Origin: Octopus bimaculoides
Lineage: Eukaryota
Assembly (NCBI RefSeq): GCF_001194135.2
Contig: NC_068999.1
Coordinates: 5,028,745 to 5,092,744, forward strand
Direction: 5' to 3'
DNA length: 64,000 nt
The translations under genes were made by a program, and so were the position numbers. The notes beneath the pieces are model-generated. The model was not told the DNA's origin. It worked only from the letters and a program-made list of their open reading frames with translations, and ran no database searches. Each line of letters begins with the position of its first letter. The first letter of the stretch is position 1. This document shows, in pieces, positions 27,101-36,326 of this stretch.

Positions 27101-30100
27101 GAGGTATACAGTTGCTTGATATGAATGGAATTTTCTTTTCATTTTTCAAAAGTTAGGAACAATTTTATTATAGAAAGAATTAGTTGGAACGAACACAGAA
27201 TCATAGAAATTTCTATCCTGAAAAAGAAATATATGTATAAACACACGAAATCTTCCTAAAATGTATATAAAACGACTGTTTCAGCAGAAGTGTGAATAAG
27301 GAGAGGTAATTCATGAAAATGTTTGTTCCAGTTACTTCCCCTAAAAATGCATGACGGCTTGTGAGGACACAAGTTTTATGAAAGGAGAGGATGTTGTTAA
27401 TTTAATTGAGCCCAGTATTTTACTGGTTCCTTATTTTATCGACACTGTGATATTTCTCTCGCTGTCTGTCTCTAATTCTCTTTTCCGTGTTCTTCCTTTC
27501 CAGAATTGTCTGCTGCAATTACCAGTTGGTCAGTTCTGTTGCCAAGTCCAGAGTTTCAACCTGGACAGCCCCCACTCTACTATACTGATGTATTACCAAG
27601 TTGATCCTGGCAGCATCTTTACCAGTTGTCTTAACGAAATGTTGGTGGTGAGTCTCAACACTTTTATAATAAAACACACAATTGATTCACGAGTTGCAGG
27701 AAGTCACACATATTAGATTAACCATAATCCCCACAGCCCAAATGTCGTTGATAAATACACCTGTCTCTTAAACAGCCGCACATAAACCCAGATCATTTTC
27801 ATCTTCACTTTTCTATGCTTGCATGGGTCACATGGAATTTATTCAGGCTGATTTTCTATGGCCAGATACCATTCCCTTCATCCATTTCTCCATGGTGTCA
27901 GTCATATTTTCATTGAAGATTGAGAATGGAGGCCTTTGCTTGCAAATAATTATCACACAATGACAAGGTAAGGAAACAACACACACGCAAACATGCATAT
28001 ATACTCAAAGGGCTTCTTTCGGTTTCTGTCTAAGAAATCCACTCACAATTCTTTGGTTGAGGCTATAGTAGAAGATACTTGCTCGAGGTGGCAAGCTGAA
28101 GGACTGAACTTAAAACCATGATGTTGAGAGATACACTGTCACACACAAACCCAATCGTTCCATATGTCTCTTGTGAACTCAATCAAATCCCAAACACCTG
28201 TCACCCCCACATCTTCCACCCCAATCCCAATCCCATCTATTGATCAATATATGATTATTGCCTCCACTTCCTCTCATCTGTTTTGCCCTGTTTCTCTCTG
28301 CAGACTCGAATGTATGAGCCTCTCTTTGATATTCTGCGGACCAAACACCAACTGGGTTACAGTGTTTCTGTTTCTGAAGAAGTTCGCAGAGGAATTCTTG
28401 GATTCTCTATTGTCATTGAATTTCAAGCACACAAGTACAGGTAAGGCATGCTTGCCCTCAATTCTAGTATCACCCATTAATTACTGATTATATGCTGATC
28501 TTTTGTCCTATTTTATTGCAGTTTTAATAATCTTTCTATGGCATTGCAAGCATAAACTAACTGCTTACATTTCATATTCTATAATTCCACAATGATATTT
28601 TGAGAGTGGTGGCCACTTACCTTCTTGTATGGAATTTTTCAGCCCTGAACTTGTCAATAACAAAGCCTATGCTTTCATAAAGGATTTTGTTGATATGATG
28701 GTTAATTTGACAGCAGAAGAGTTCCAATCATTGGTGAGTATTTTCAGCTAGCTGCCCATGAGTCATACATACACACATACATTCCATTCTTTTAAAATAT
28801 TCTTTTCTACTCTAGGCACAAGACCCCCAATTTTTAGATCAACCTCAGTACACAACTGGTACTTAATTAATCAACCTCCGAAAGGATGAAAGGCAAAGTT
28901 GACTTCGGCAGAATTTGAACTCAGAACATGAAGACAGACGAAATACTGCTAAGCATTTTGCCAGGCGTGCCAGCATTCTCTAGTATATTAAGGCTGCGAG
29001 CTGGCAGAAACATTAGCACGCCTGGCTAATTCTGCTTAGCGGTAATTCGTCTGCCGTTATGTTCTGAGTTCAAATTCTGCCGAGGTCGACTTTGCCTTTC
29101 ATCCTTTCGGGGTCGATAAATTAAGTACCAGTTACGCACTGGGGTCAATGTAATCGACTGGCCCTAGAGTTCTTCCTCTGAAGATTTTTCCTGCTCTCTG
29201 CTTATCTTGTAGAGAGTTTCTCTTTTCAGTATCATACCATATTGTTAAATATTGTGTTTTCCAATGCTGAACAAGATCAAACTGCACTGTTCAATATTTT
29301 ACAGAATTGTTTCAATATTCTTCAGTGTTGAAATGCAATACTTATTCAATTATTCTACCATTCCAGAAAGAAAGTTTGATCACAGCCAAAAAATGTGAAG
29401 ACACGAAGCTAGCTGAGGAAGCGAGGAGATACTGGCATGAAATCTTCTACCAAATATATGTGTTTAATCGTCTGGAAAAAGAGGTGAGTCTTTGGTTTTG
29501 ATTTGATATTTCAAGTGTGTGTCACTGTTCTAGGGTAGCCACCCCACCCCTATAGCTACCCAACCAAATGGTGAAGTGTAATTCTCTATTACTTGTTTCA
29601 GTCATTTGACTGCGGCCATGCTGGAGTACCGCCTTTAGTTGGGCATTAAACTGAACAATGAATCAGCTCTCCCCACCCACCTGCAAAAAACATGGTGGCG
29701 TGTGAACTTTGAACCTTGAGAAAATATTGCCAGATCCCATAATGCCTGTTTCTCATTGGCAAAGTTTGTAGCCCTTGCAGAGTTCTTTCAATATTCCATC
29801 TCTCGTCTGAAATGTTAAATTTCTCTTGACACTTGGCAAAATAATTTTACAATCTATCAATAATCATCACTTAACGTCCGTTTTCCACGCTGGTATGGGT
29901 TGGACGGTTTGACAGGGGCTGCACCAAGCTCCAATTGTCTGTTTTGGCATGGTTTCCACAGCTGGATGCTCTTCCTAACACCAACCACTTTACCAAGTGT
30001 ACTGTGTGGGTTTTTATATGGGCCCCCCCCCCCTATACACCATTAACCTCTAACCCCCACCTCATATTTGTATTTACTTCAGGTCGAAGCCTTACATCGA

Positions 30101-30871
30101 ATCACCTACACCGACTTTATCAATTATGTCAAGAAATGTTTACTCAACGAATGCAGAGTGGTCAGTCTGCAGGTAAGTTAATCTCTCATTCCCCCTCTTC
30201 TACTACACCCAACCGTTGCCATTGGTAACTGTAGGCCTTCACCAAACAAGAAACCTCTTGTTGCATCTCTTCACCCGATCTGTAAATTCTCGTTTCCATT
30301 AATTAACTTTATGAAGGTGTGCGGCCCAGTGGTTCAGGTGTTGCACTCATGATTGCAAGATCATGGTTTCAATTCCTGAACTGGATAGTACGTTGCTTTC
30401 TTGAGCAAAACACTTCATTTCACATCACTCCAGTCCACTCGGCTGTATGACACTCTGTCCAGCAGAGACAGTCAAGATCTCCGTCCCTTGTACAGCATGG
30501 AAACTGAGAAACCAGTTCTGAGTCCTAAGGTTCGACTCCATCCCACAACCACCACCACCTCCCTGCTGGTTACTGCAATTATAAAGACGACTCAATCTCT
30601 CTCTCTCTTCTAGGTTATTGGCAAGAAATCAATTAAGAAGAAGAAGAAAAAGAACAAAAAGAGTGATGCCTCATCAAGTTCGGAAAGCAACCCTGAGGCA
30701 TCTGGTGACACAACAGCAATGCAAGACATTCGGTCTGCCTACACCATGTTGACTTGCAACTGTGCACCGTCTCCAACAGAAGCGAAATGTATTAAAATTA
30801 CAAATATTGACGAGTTTAAGGAGACTCTCACGAAATTACCAAACCATAAAATTAAAACCTTAAATTATTAG
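8570..30871 (+). CDS. NRDC: Nardilysin (N-arginine dibasic convertase, M16A metallopeptidase), complete 32-exon CDS, 3174 nt / 1057 aa
   Basis: All 32 exons have GT-AG boundaries and consistent phases; summed length is divisible by 3 and ends in TAG. Motifs: IKSLNDLRDYR-IITLNNGLRALLISD, an acidic insert, inverted Zn motif HFLEH, REIKAVDSE, KPLDYLS..HEGAGSILSYLK, LWFKKDTKFNIPK, LRTKHQLGY. The acidic insert after LLISD favours nardilysin over insulin-degrading enzyme. Confidence 0.95.
8856..9060 (+). CDS. NRDC: NRDC exon 2 (IITLNNGLRALLISD plus acidic domain)
   Basis: (CT)n tract + TAG acceptor, GTAAAC donor; overlaps ORF 8887..9201. Confidence 0.93.
9275..9431. mobile_element. Short foldback element in NRDC intron 2
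   Basis: TGCAGCGTGGA...TCCACGCTGCA termini; ~60-bp inner arms meeting at an AT-rich centre. Confidence 0.75.
9750..9831 (+). CDS. NRDC: NRDC exon 3 (AAAALCVGVGGMSDPPDIQGLSHFLEH, catalytic HxxEH)
   Basis: Inverted zinc-binding motif, AG/GTGAGT. Confidence 0.95.
10274..10374 (+). CDS. NRDC: NRDC exon 4 ([34 protein letters not shown])
   Basis: M16 consensus, AG/GTATGT. Confidence 0.95.
10537..11015 (+). mobile_element. tRNA-headed SINE family C; related pieces at ~400-660 (-), 20531-20800, 30315-30480, 57745-57903 (-)
   Basis: A-box TGGC.CAGTGG, B-box GTT.(G/A)A.TCC, shared body GTGGAG(T/C)GCTCAGCCACTTG.AC.TTA. Confidence 0.75.
11537..11663 (+). CDS. NRDC: NRDC exon 5 (TVFYFNV...FAQFFISPLMREDSINREIKAVDS)
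   Basis: M16 consensus, AG/GTAAGT. Confidence 0.95.
11745..11960. repeat. Degenerate minisatellite (~18-bp unit, TTGGTCATAGTTGGGACA-like) in NRDC intron 5
   Basis: Recurrent TTGGTCATA / GTTGGGAC words. Confidence 0.6.
12176..12271 (+). CDS. NRDC: NRDC exon 6 (EFEEGRPDDDNRSARLLANLCRTGHPIGNFIEG)
   Basis: Junction codon supplies the expected third Zn ligand Glu; AG/GTAAGT. Confidence 0.93.
13235..13357 (+). CDS. NRDC: NRDC exon 7 (GNLTSLRTDP...MYSAHFMTLAVQSK)
   Basis: Conserved motif, AG/GTAAGT. Confidence 0.93.
14084..14330 (+). mobile_element. Mariner transposase 3' fragment in NRDC intron 7
   Basis: APSDCYLFHSM...EFFTSKDKNWYQHGIKELAERWLQTVQHDGLCFE with a frameshift. Confidence 0.8.
14424..14481 (+). 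CDS. NRDC: NRDC exon 8 (ETLDVLDEWVREIFSNVPN)
   Basis: Conserved motif, phase continuity. Confidence 0.92.
15069..15102 (+). CDS. NRDC: NRDC exon 9 (NEAKPTFSHEP), 34 nt
   Basis: Strong splice sites; needed for phase. Confidence 0.85.
15666..15705 (+). CDS. NRDC: NRDC exon 10 (CPFDTTEFSKFYH), 40 nt
   Basis: Resembles PFDTPAFNKLY of vertebrate NRDC (from memory); phase fits. Confidence 0.88.
16029..16098 (+). CDS. NRDC: NRDC exon 11 (VVSVKDTHKVSLNWALTPLNKHY)
   Basis: AG/GTGAGT, phase fits. Confidence 0.9.
16470..16547 (+). CDS. NRDC: NRDC exon 12 (SKPLDYLSTLFLHEGAGSILSYLKK)
   Basis: HEGxGS motif. Confidence 0.93.
17074..17194 (+). CDS. NRDC: NRDC exon 13 (MWALHIEGGNATSGFEFNSVWSCFYIDIILTDSGVNHIYE)
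   Basis: Conserved, AG/GTGAGT. Confidence 0.93.
18170..18283 (+). CDS. NRDC: NRDC exon 14 (VLTVVFQYLEMVKNKGP...FRWQEK)
   Basis: Conserved, AG/GTAAAC. Confidence 0.93.
18664..18768 (+). CDS. NRDC: NRDC exon 15 (GSSVDYVERLSENMQVY...LTGDCLLFQYNEE)
   Basis: Conserved, AG/GTAAGT. Confidence 0.93.
19113..19236 (+). CDS. NRDC: NRDC exon 16 (LIKSCLDQLSPAKTN...EKWYGTKYYDT)
   Basis: EKWYGT motif. Confidence 0.93.
19766..19798 (+). CDS. NRDC: NRDC exon 17 (DFDPEWLAKWQ), 33 nt
   Basis: AG/GTAAGT, phase fits. Confidence 0.88.
20102..20330 (-). mobile_element. RTE-like LINE 3' end with (TGA)n tail; further copies at ~29865-30020, ~58985-59190, ~63595-63740, ~10070-10140
   Basis: Recurrent CATCATCATCGTTTAACGTC..TTCCATGCT.GCATGGGTTGGACG...GGATGCCCTTCCTAACGCCAACCAC block; family assignment is inference. 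Confidence 0.7.
20889..20939 (+). CDS. NRDC: NRDC exon 18 (NLQLNPELYLPEPNKYL)
   Basis: LxLPxxNKY motif. Confidence 0.92.
21676..21722 (+). CDS. NRDC: NRDC exon 19 (AKDFSLKDVPPEQKDK)
   Basis: Phase fits, DFxLK motif. Confidence 0.88.
22005..22080 (+). CDS. NRDC: NRDC exon 20 (SPFLIMENEKCKLWFKKDTKFNIPK)
   Basis: LWxKKDxKFxxPK motif. Confidence 0.93.
22579..22630 (+). CDS. NRDC: NRDC exon 21 (VQTFFKLMSPVIGESLE)
   Basis: Phase fits; donor GTTTGT is weak. Confidence 0.85.
23309..23392 (+). CDS. NRDC: NRDC exon 22 (SILFELFIDVLLQKLAEPTYHAIEADL)
   Basis: LAEPxY.A..A.L motif. Confidence 0.92.
24250..24316 (+). CDS. NRDC: NRDC exon 23 (YSLTDKKTGLVILVKGFNDKIP)
   Basis: GL.I.VKGFN.K.P motif. Confidence 0.93.
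24675..24802 (+). CDS. NRDC: NRDC exon 24 (ELFQTIVDELANFEF...YYNSMIRPYNAA)
   Basis: Conserved, AG/GTAAGT. Confidence 0.92.
25378..25537 (+). CDS. NRDC: NRDC exon 25 (GLMLAVIMDKFYS...YCEGFVIGNMTTE)
   Basis: EG.V.GN.T motif. Confidence 0.92.
26893..26964 (+). CDS. NRDC: NRDC exon 26 (TAKGMMEYLVDKMNAKAYIEDCFQ)
   Basis: Y.VDK.N motif, AG/GTAAGT. Confidence 0.9.
27504..27647 (+). CDS. NRDC: NRDC exon 27 (NCLLQLPVGQFCCQVQSFN...YYQVDPGSIFTSCLNEMLV)
   Basis: Conserved, AG/GTGAGT. Confidence 0.92.
28304..28440 (+). CDS. NRDC: NRDC exon 28 (TRMYEPLFDILRTKHQLGYSV...QAHKY)
   Basis: EP.FD.LRTK..LGY motif. Confidence 0.95.
28643..28733 (+). CDS. NRDC: NRDC exon 29 (PELVNNKAYAFIKDFVDMMVNLTAEEFQSL)
   Basis: NLT.E.F motif. 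Confidence 0.9.
29367..29483 (+). CDS. NRDC: NRDC exon 30 (KESLITAKKCEDTKLAEEARRYWHEIFYQIYVFNRLEKE)
   Basis: CEDT.L.EE..R.W.E motif. Confidence 0.94.
30083..30172 (+). CDS. NRDC: NRDC exon 31 (VEALHRITYTDFINYVKKCLLNECRVVSLQ)
   Basis: AG/GTAAGT, phase 0. Confidence 0.9.
30614..30871 (+). CDS. NRDC: NRDC exon 32, terminal (VIGKKSIKKKKKKNKKS...ITNIDEFKETLTKLPNHKIKTLNY*)
   Basis: C-terminal ITNI..F...L..LP.HKI motif; stop TAG 30869-30871. Confidence 0.92.
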   Translation, partial: VIGKKSIKKKKKKNKKSDASSSSESNPEASGDTTAMQDIRSAYTMLTCNCAPSPTEAKCIKITNIDEFKETLTKLPNHKIKTLNY

Positions 30872-30955
30872 CTTTGCTTTTTTTTTTTCCACCCCCAAAC
30901 TTTTGAATTAAATTTCCAAGATTTTTATTTAAATTCAAAAACATCCACCCATACC

Positions 30956-30961
30956 AATAAA
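30956..30961 (+). terminator. Candidate polyadenylation signal (AATAAA) of NRDC
   Basis: AATAAA 85 nt after the stop codon; usage not demonstrated. Confidence 0.45.
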
Positions 30962-31702
30962 ATTTTATAAAATAATAAAGAAAAACCGGCCCCCCCCCCC
31001 CACCATTATTTCCTGATGACTGTTACAACAGTGATGATGATGATGGAACGTTTCAGAAAATAAATGGAAATTATCTGAATTAAAATTTGTTCTTATTTTT
31101 AAAGAAATATTGATTCCATTGTTATAGAGGCACAGGCGTGACTGGGGGGGAGGGGTAGCCACAAGCAGCATTTGAGTCTGCTGTAGGCAATATGTATTTT
31201 TTGTGGGGTCTGGGAGCGGAAAACTGAAGGGCTACCCCGGGTGGCACACACACTAGCTAAGCTAGTGGTTTCAGCTAGATGGAATACAAAAAGGAGTTGT
31301 CTATTCTCCAGTACAAGCTACTCAGATGCCATCAACCAATTCAGTCACCATCGAGTACCAACCACCCAAGTGTTCTCTACTGATTGTGTCACCCTCAGGT
31401 ACTAACCATAAAAATAAAAAATGTTGAAATATTTTTGGTTAGAATAAATGGAAGAGACAAGAGGAAGCATGTCTATAGTTTATATCTCCTTTATTTGTTT
31501 AATTAATTGGGTGTGGATGGGTAATATGAAATAAATCAATCACATCTATTTAAATTAAACATGAAAAAAAATTGAAATATCATCACTTACATGGAAAAAT
31601 TGAAATATTATCTTTCAGTATTTTACAAGATAAAATCTTAAATTGTTAATTGACACATTATTAATTATCTTATAACAACAATACCTGGAAAAATCATGGA
31701 TT

Positions 31703-34251
31703 ACATGGGAAAATGCAAGCATGAAAAGTAATATTCTTAAGATTATAAACCAGGAAAAGTACAGGACAGGTTATTACACCGGTAAAAGTATAGGACAAGC
31801 TATTACTTCTAGTAACGAATAAGAAACTTTTTACTTAAAATATTGCAGCTAAAATTAAAATTTGAATATTAAAAATTATTTTATTATATTGGGTTGGCAA
31901 CTAAGTTTCTGCCGTTTTTTTTTAAATTTAATTTTTTTTAAAAGGTTTAATTAATCAATAATGAATTCACCCTTGTTGTTTACAACTTATTCCCAACGTT
32001 CAACAAGATTTTGAATACCTCGTTGGTAGAAATCACCCGATTTCGACTCGAAAAAATGATCCAACCAGGCTCTCAATTCTGCATCAGTATTGAAAGAAAC
32101 TCCGCGCATAGCATTTGAAAGAGGNNNNNNNNNNNNNNNNNNNNNNNNNNNNNNNNNNNNNNNNNNNNNNNNNNNNNNNNNNNNNNNNNNNNNNNNNNNN
32201 NNNNNNNNNNNNNNNNNNNNNNNNNNNNNNNNNNNNNNNNNNNNNNNNNNNNNNNNNNNNNNNNNNNNNNNNNNNNNNNNNNNNNNNNNNNNNNNNNNNN
32301 NNNNNNNNNNNNNNNNNNNNNNNNNNNNNNNNNNNNNNNNNNNNNNNNNNNNNNNNNNNNNNNNNNNNNNNNNNNNNNNNNNNNNNNNNNNNNNNNNNNN
32401 NNNNNNNNNNNNNNNNNNNNNNNNNNNNNNNNNNNNNNNNNNNNNNNNNNNNNNNNNNNNNNNNNNNNNNNNNNNNNNNNNNNNNNNNNNNNNNNNNNNN
32501 NNNNNNNNNNNNNNNNNNNNNNNNNNNNNNNNNNNNNNNNNNNNNNNNNNNNNNNNNNNNNNNNNNNNNNNNNNNNNNNNNNNNNNNNNNNNNNNNNNNN
32601 NNNNNNNNNNNNNNNNNNNNNNNNNNNNNNNNNNNNNNNNNNNNNNNNNNNNNNNNNNNNNNNNNNNNNNNNNNNNNNNNNNNNNNNNNNNNNNNNNNNN
32701 NNNNNNNNNNNNNNNNNNNNNNNNNNNNNNNNNNNNNNNNNNNNNNNNNNNNNNNNNNNNNNNNNNNNNNNNNNNNNNNNNNNNNNNNNNNNNNNNNNNN
32801 NNNNNNNNNNNNNNNNNNNNNNNNNNNNNNNNNNNNNNNNNNNNNNNNNNNNNNNNNNNNNNNNNNNNNNNNNNNNNNNNNNNNNNNNNNNNNNNNNNNN
32901 NNNNNNNNNNNNNNNNNNNNNNNNNNNNNNNNNNNNNNNNNNNNNNNNNNNNNNNNNNNNNNNNNNNNNNNNNNNNNNNNNNNNNNNNNNNNNNNNNNNN
33001 NNNNNNNNNNNNNNNNNNNNNNNNNNNNNNNNNNNNNNNNNNNNNNNNNNNNNNNNNNNNNNNNNNNNNNNNNNNNNNNNNNNNNNNNNNNNNNNNNNNN
33101 NNNNNNNNNNNNGAATGGCTTCCTTGGTCATATTGACGATATGAGGGCGGGCGTTGTCGTGTAGCAGAAGAACTCCATGCTGCCGATTAGGTCTTTTCTC
33201 TTGAATAGCCACGTTGACCGTTTGGTTCCGTTCAAGCAATTCGTAATGGATAATCCCTTCTCAGTCCCACCATACACACAACATCGTTTCACGCGCGGTG
33301 TCGCTTGTTTACCAGGGCTAAGCCATTCCGTACGCTGCTTCATATTTATGTACAGGCACCATTTCTCGTCGCCAGTAACGATTCGGTAAAGAAATCGTTG
33401 CTTGTGTCCATGAGTTGAGCGGTGACTAGCAAACAAACCAGCGGAGATTGTGGTTCATTGATTTTTGTTTTTGTCACTGAAAGCATGCGGAACCCCTGCT
33501 CCATACTTCTGAACTTTTCCCATCGAGTGAAGATGCTTCTTTATAGCAGTGTGGGAACATTCCATATTCTCTGCCAGTTCCCTTGTCATTTGACGAGAAT
33601 TTTCGTGCAAAAGTTGGTTTAATTGCTCTTCGTCGAGCTCAACTGGACGGCCAGAACGAGGTGTGTCTTCGAGGTCAAAATTTCCATTTTTGAACTTGGC
33701 ATACCAATCACGAGCGATTCTTTCAGCTATGGCACCCTCTCCATACACAGCTCAAATGTCGCGAGCAGCTTTTGCGGCCTTAGAACCTTGATTAAAGGCA
33801 AAAAGAAGGAGGTGTCGAAAATGCTCGTTTTTCTTAACTTGACATTCCATTTCAACGATATGAAAATAAACTGANNNNNNNNNNTTACAAATAACATTAT
33901 ACTTATTTAAGTAGAATTTGGCTAATCTACCTTAAATACAGAAAAAAGTGACTAATTAGTGACCACTTTAAATACAGAAAGTACCTTAAAAGTGACTACC
34001 TTAAATACAGAAAAAAGTGACTAATTAGACAAACTTACAAATTAGCTGAACAGTTTTGTACAAGAAATTTAAGATGAGAAATGTAAAAAGTGATAAATTA
34101 TACAATATTTTAAGTAAAAAGTTTCTTTTTCTTTACTTTACTAGAAGTAATAGCTTGCCCTATACTTTTACAGGTGTAATAACTTGTCCTGTAATTTTCC
34201 TGGTTTATAATCTTAAGAATATTACTTTTCATGCTCGCATTTTGCCCATGT
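31703..34251. repeat. Pair of ~145-bp inverted repeat arms (31703-31845 and 34103-34251) bracketing the mariner
   Basis: GCATGAAAAGTAATATTCTTAAGATTATAAACCAGGAAAA.TACAGGACA.GTTATTACACC.GTAAAAGTATAGG.CAAGCTATTACTTCTAGTAA occurs on opposite strands. Confidence 0.88.
31889..33870 (-). mobile_element. Mariner (Tc1/mariner, DD34D type) element with inactivated transposase, interrupted by an N gap
   Basis: MECQVKKNEHFRHLLLFAF (ATG 33850), PRSGRP, GAGVPHAFS (WVPHxL), IVTGDEKW, LLLHDNARPH, FFESKSGDFYQRGI; in-frame TGA, frameshifts and deletions; TIR TTGGGTTGGCAACTAAGT next to TA at 31887-31888. Confidence 0.92.
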
Positions 34252-34806
34252 TGATGTATGGATCGTTAGAATAAGTGAGGTAAGCATCGTAATTGTTAGT
34301 TCGTACCATTTACCATGTTGCAAAGACGAAAACCAATTACCGTAATCTCAACTACCTTAAACAAATAATCAAATTGGCGAATTTACAAGAGCAAATGTTA
34401 AGCTGTTATTTAAGAGAGTAACCATTGATATTAAGCAGTGACGAAAAGATGCAAGCAAGAACATACACAATACATTAAGAATGTTATACTAAATTTACTA
34501 AGAAGTTAAAATACAAATAACATTGTGTTCTGTCACACAACACAAGCAATAAAATACAATAAGCGATGCAAAATGGAAAACTCAATTTAGAAATGAATAT
34601 AAATTCGTAAAATCAGATTGATATTTAGGTTCATGTTAAAATGAATGACTTTCGGGTTTGTAGTAGAATTATAATTCGTTAATGAATATTTGCGTTTCAG
34701 GTGGATTAATATTAAAGCTGTCCTATCGTCCAAATTAAAACATTAAGAATAGCATTGAAAGAAGTTCCGGTTATTTAAAGGGGAGGGAGAAATAAAAATT
34801 ACTTAC

Positions 34807-34996
34807 CATTTTTCTTCTTTTTTCGCTAAGTGGTTACCGAATTAGCTCCAGAATCTTCACCTGCTAAAGTATCAGTGGTCACTACTTTACTTTCAAAGCC
34901 ACTAAATTGATCTTCAGAAGCTTTTACACACGACTGAGGCGAAATTCCATCTTCTTCAGTCACCATTTTGCCATACTCTCGATTACACTAGACTGT
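34807..34996 (-). pseudogene. Orphan exon with ATG, 46-codon ORF and an in-frame TAG just before RKKKKN and a GTAAGT donor
   Basis: Acceptor TTGTATCAG, ATG 34966, TAG 34828-34826, donor G/GTAAGT at 34806; product not recognised. Confidence 0.4.
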
Positions 34997-35184
34997 CTGA
35001 TACAAGATAATTGGGGGTTTTTTTTTTTTCAATATTACAAACGTTGTTTTATACCAGTAAAATTTAATTGAAACACATTTCTTAAAATACAACTACTTCA
35101 TGTTCCATATCAAAAACATTAAATTAACTGTTTGAAAACAATTATAAATGATATCCATTTTGTAACAAGTTGGTTAGAGAGTAT

Positions 35185-35690
35185 GCATGTGGAAAATCGG
35201 TGTTTGTTTGTGGCGTTGTTAGCTAACTCCTCCTACATCGTTTTATTGATTTTTATGAAACTTGACACGTGAGTAGAACTCATGTCTGGAAACCTCGTGA
35301 CATATTTAGATTGTTGAAAAAAATCGTCAATACGGCCTCTGGAAGTGACCTTAATATCTACCTCAAATAACTGATTTTTTAACACCCAAGGGAAATAACC
35401 CATAGCACCTGTATAGTTTTTTTTTCTAAAACACTCAAGGGAAATAACCCATTACATTGTTTATGCTCGATTACTTTGAATATTGATTTTTCGTGTGTCC
35501 TATTTCTAATTTTTGCAGACAATATCACTTTTATACTTTATTTGACACGTGAGTAGCACCCAAGTCTGGAAACCTCGTGACATACTTAGATTGTTGGAAA
35601 AAATCGACGATAGAGCCCTTCCAATAGATCCATCTACTGCATATTATTATTTTATTTAAACAACCCAAGAGAAATAACTCATACCACCTG
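35185..35690. repeat. Internally duplicated element (two ~75-bp direct repeats plus three CAAG.GAAATAAC.CAT units); possibly Helentron/HINE-like
   Basis: TTGACACGTGAGTAG.AC.CA.GTCTGGAAACCTCGTGACATA.TTAGATTGTTG at ~35261 and ~35543; family assignment is inference. Confidence 0.5.
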
Positions 35691-35719
35691 CAGATTTTAG
35701 CGAAGTGATCAATATTCGA

Positions 35720-36326
35720 TGCTCACAATCAGCCGACCTAATTCTGCATTTCACTACTAGGGTCATCATTGCTGAGAATCCAGCCCCGCAGCGATAATTC
35801 GAGGGGGAGGGGGGACTGAATCAGCATGGTCAGTTCACGCATCAAAAGAAGAGGATAGGTGTCCTTCAGTTTCGCCCAAAATGTTGGGTGCTGTTGTTCA
35901 GAAAAATCAACTTTCAACTGAGTACCCTCGCGAATTTGAAAAACAATTCTACCATCGCAGCAACATCAGTATCATTGGTACCACTGTCTTTCACTGAGAA
36001 GGGTCTGCAGGTCCACGCATCAGTACAGCAGTCATCCAATCATGAGAAGTAACTTTCAATGGCATCATTCACTGCCAGAAGATGAGTTGAGATCTCTTCA
36101 CGGAAACTGCATTCAGCTTCTGGCATAGAATCCAGGATAGTTGTCATCTGAAGGAAGACGGTTGTGGCACCGTCCTGAACTATTTTCTGGTAGAGTTGAA
36201 TCTTACACTTGAATGCTGCAATGCAATACCTCAAATACATCAAATAAATTACTTTCTCCCAAATCCTCCGAGAGACCCCAAACGCTCCACCACCACGGGT
36301 CACAACCCTCAGGTTAAGAACCCCTG
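35720..36326 (-). mobile_element. hAT/Charlie-type internally deleted element with decayed C-terminal transposase
   Basis: IAAFKCKIQLY...ISTHLLAVNDAIESYF..WTCRPF...YRCGAGFSAM resembles the ZBED5/FAM200-type C-terminus; terminus CAGGGGTTCTTAACCT at 36326. Confidence 0.72.

Noticed and set aside
8570-30871. Insulin-degrading enzyme (IDE) assignment
   Set aside because: The acidic insert after LLISD and the CEDT.L.EE / HKI C-terminal motifs fit nardilysin better.
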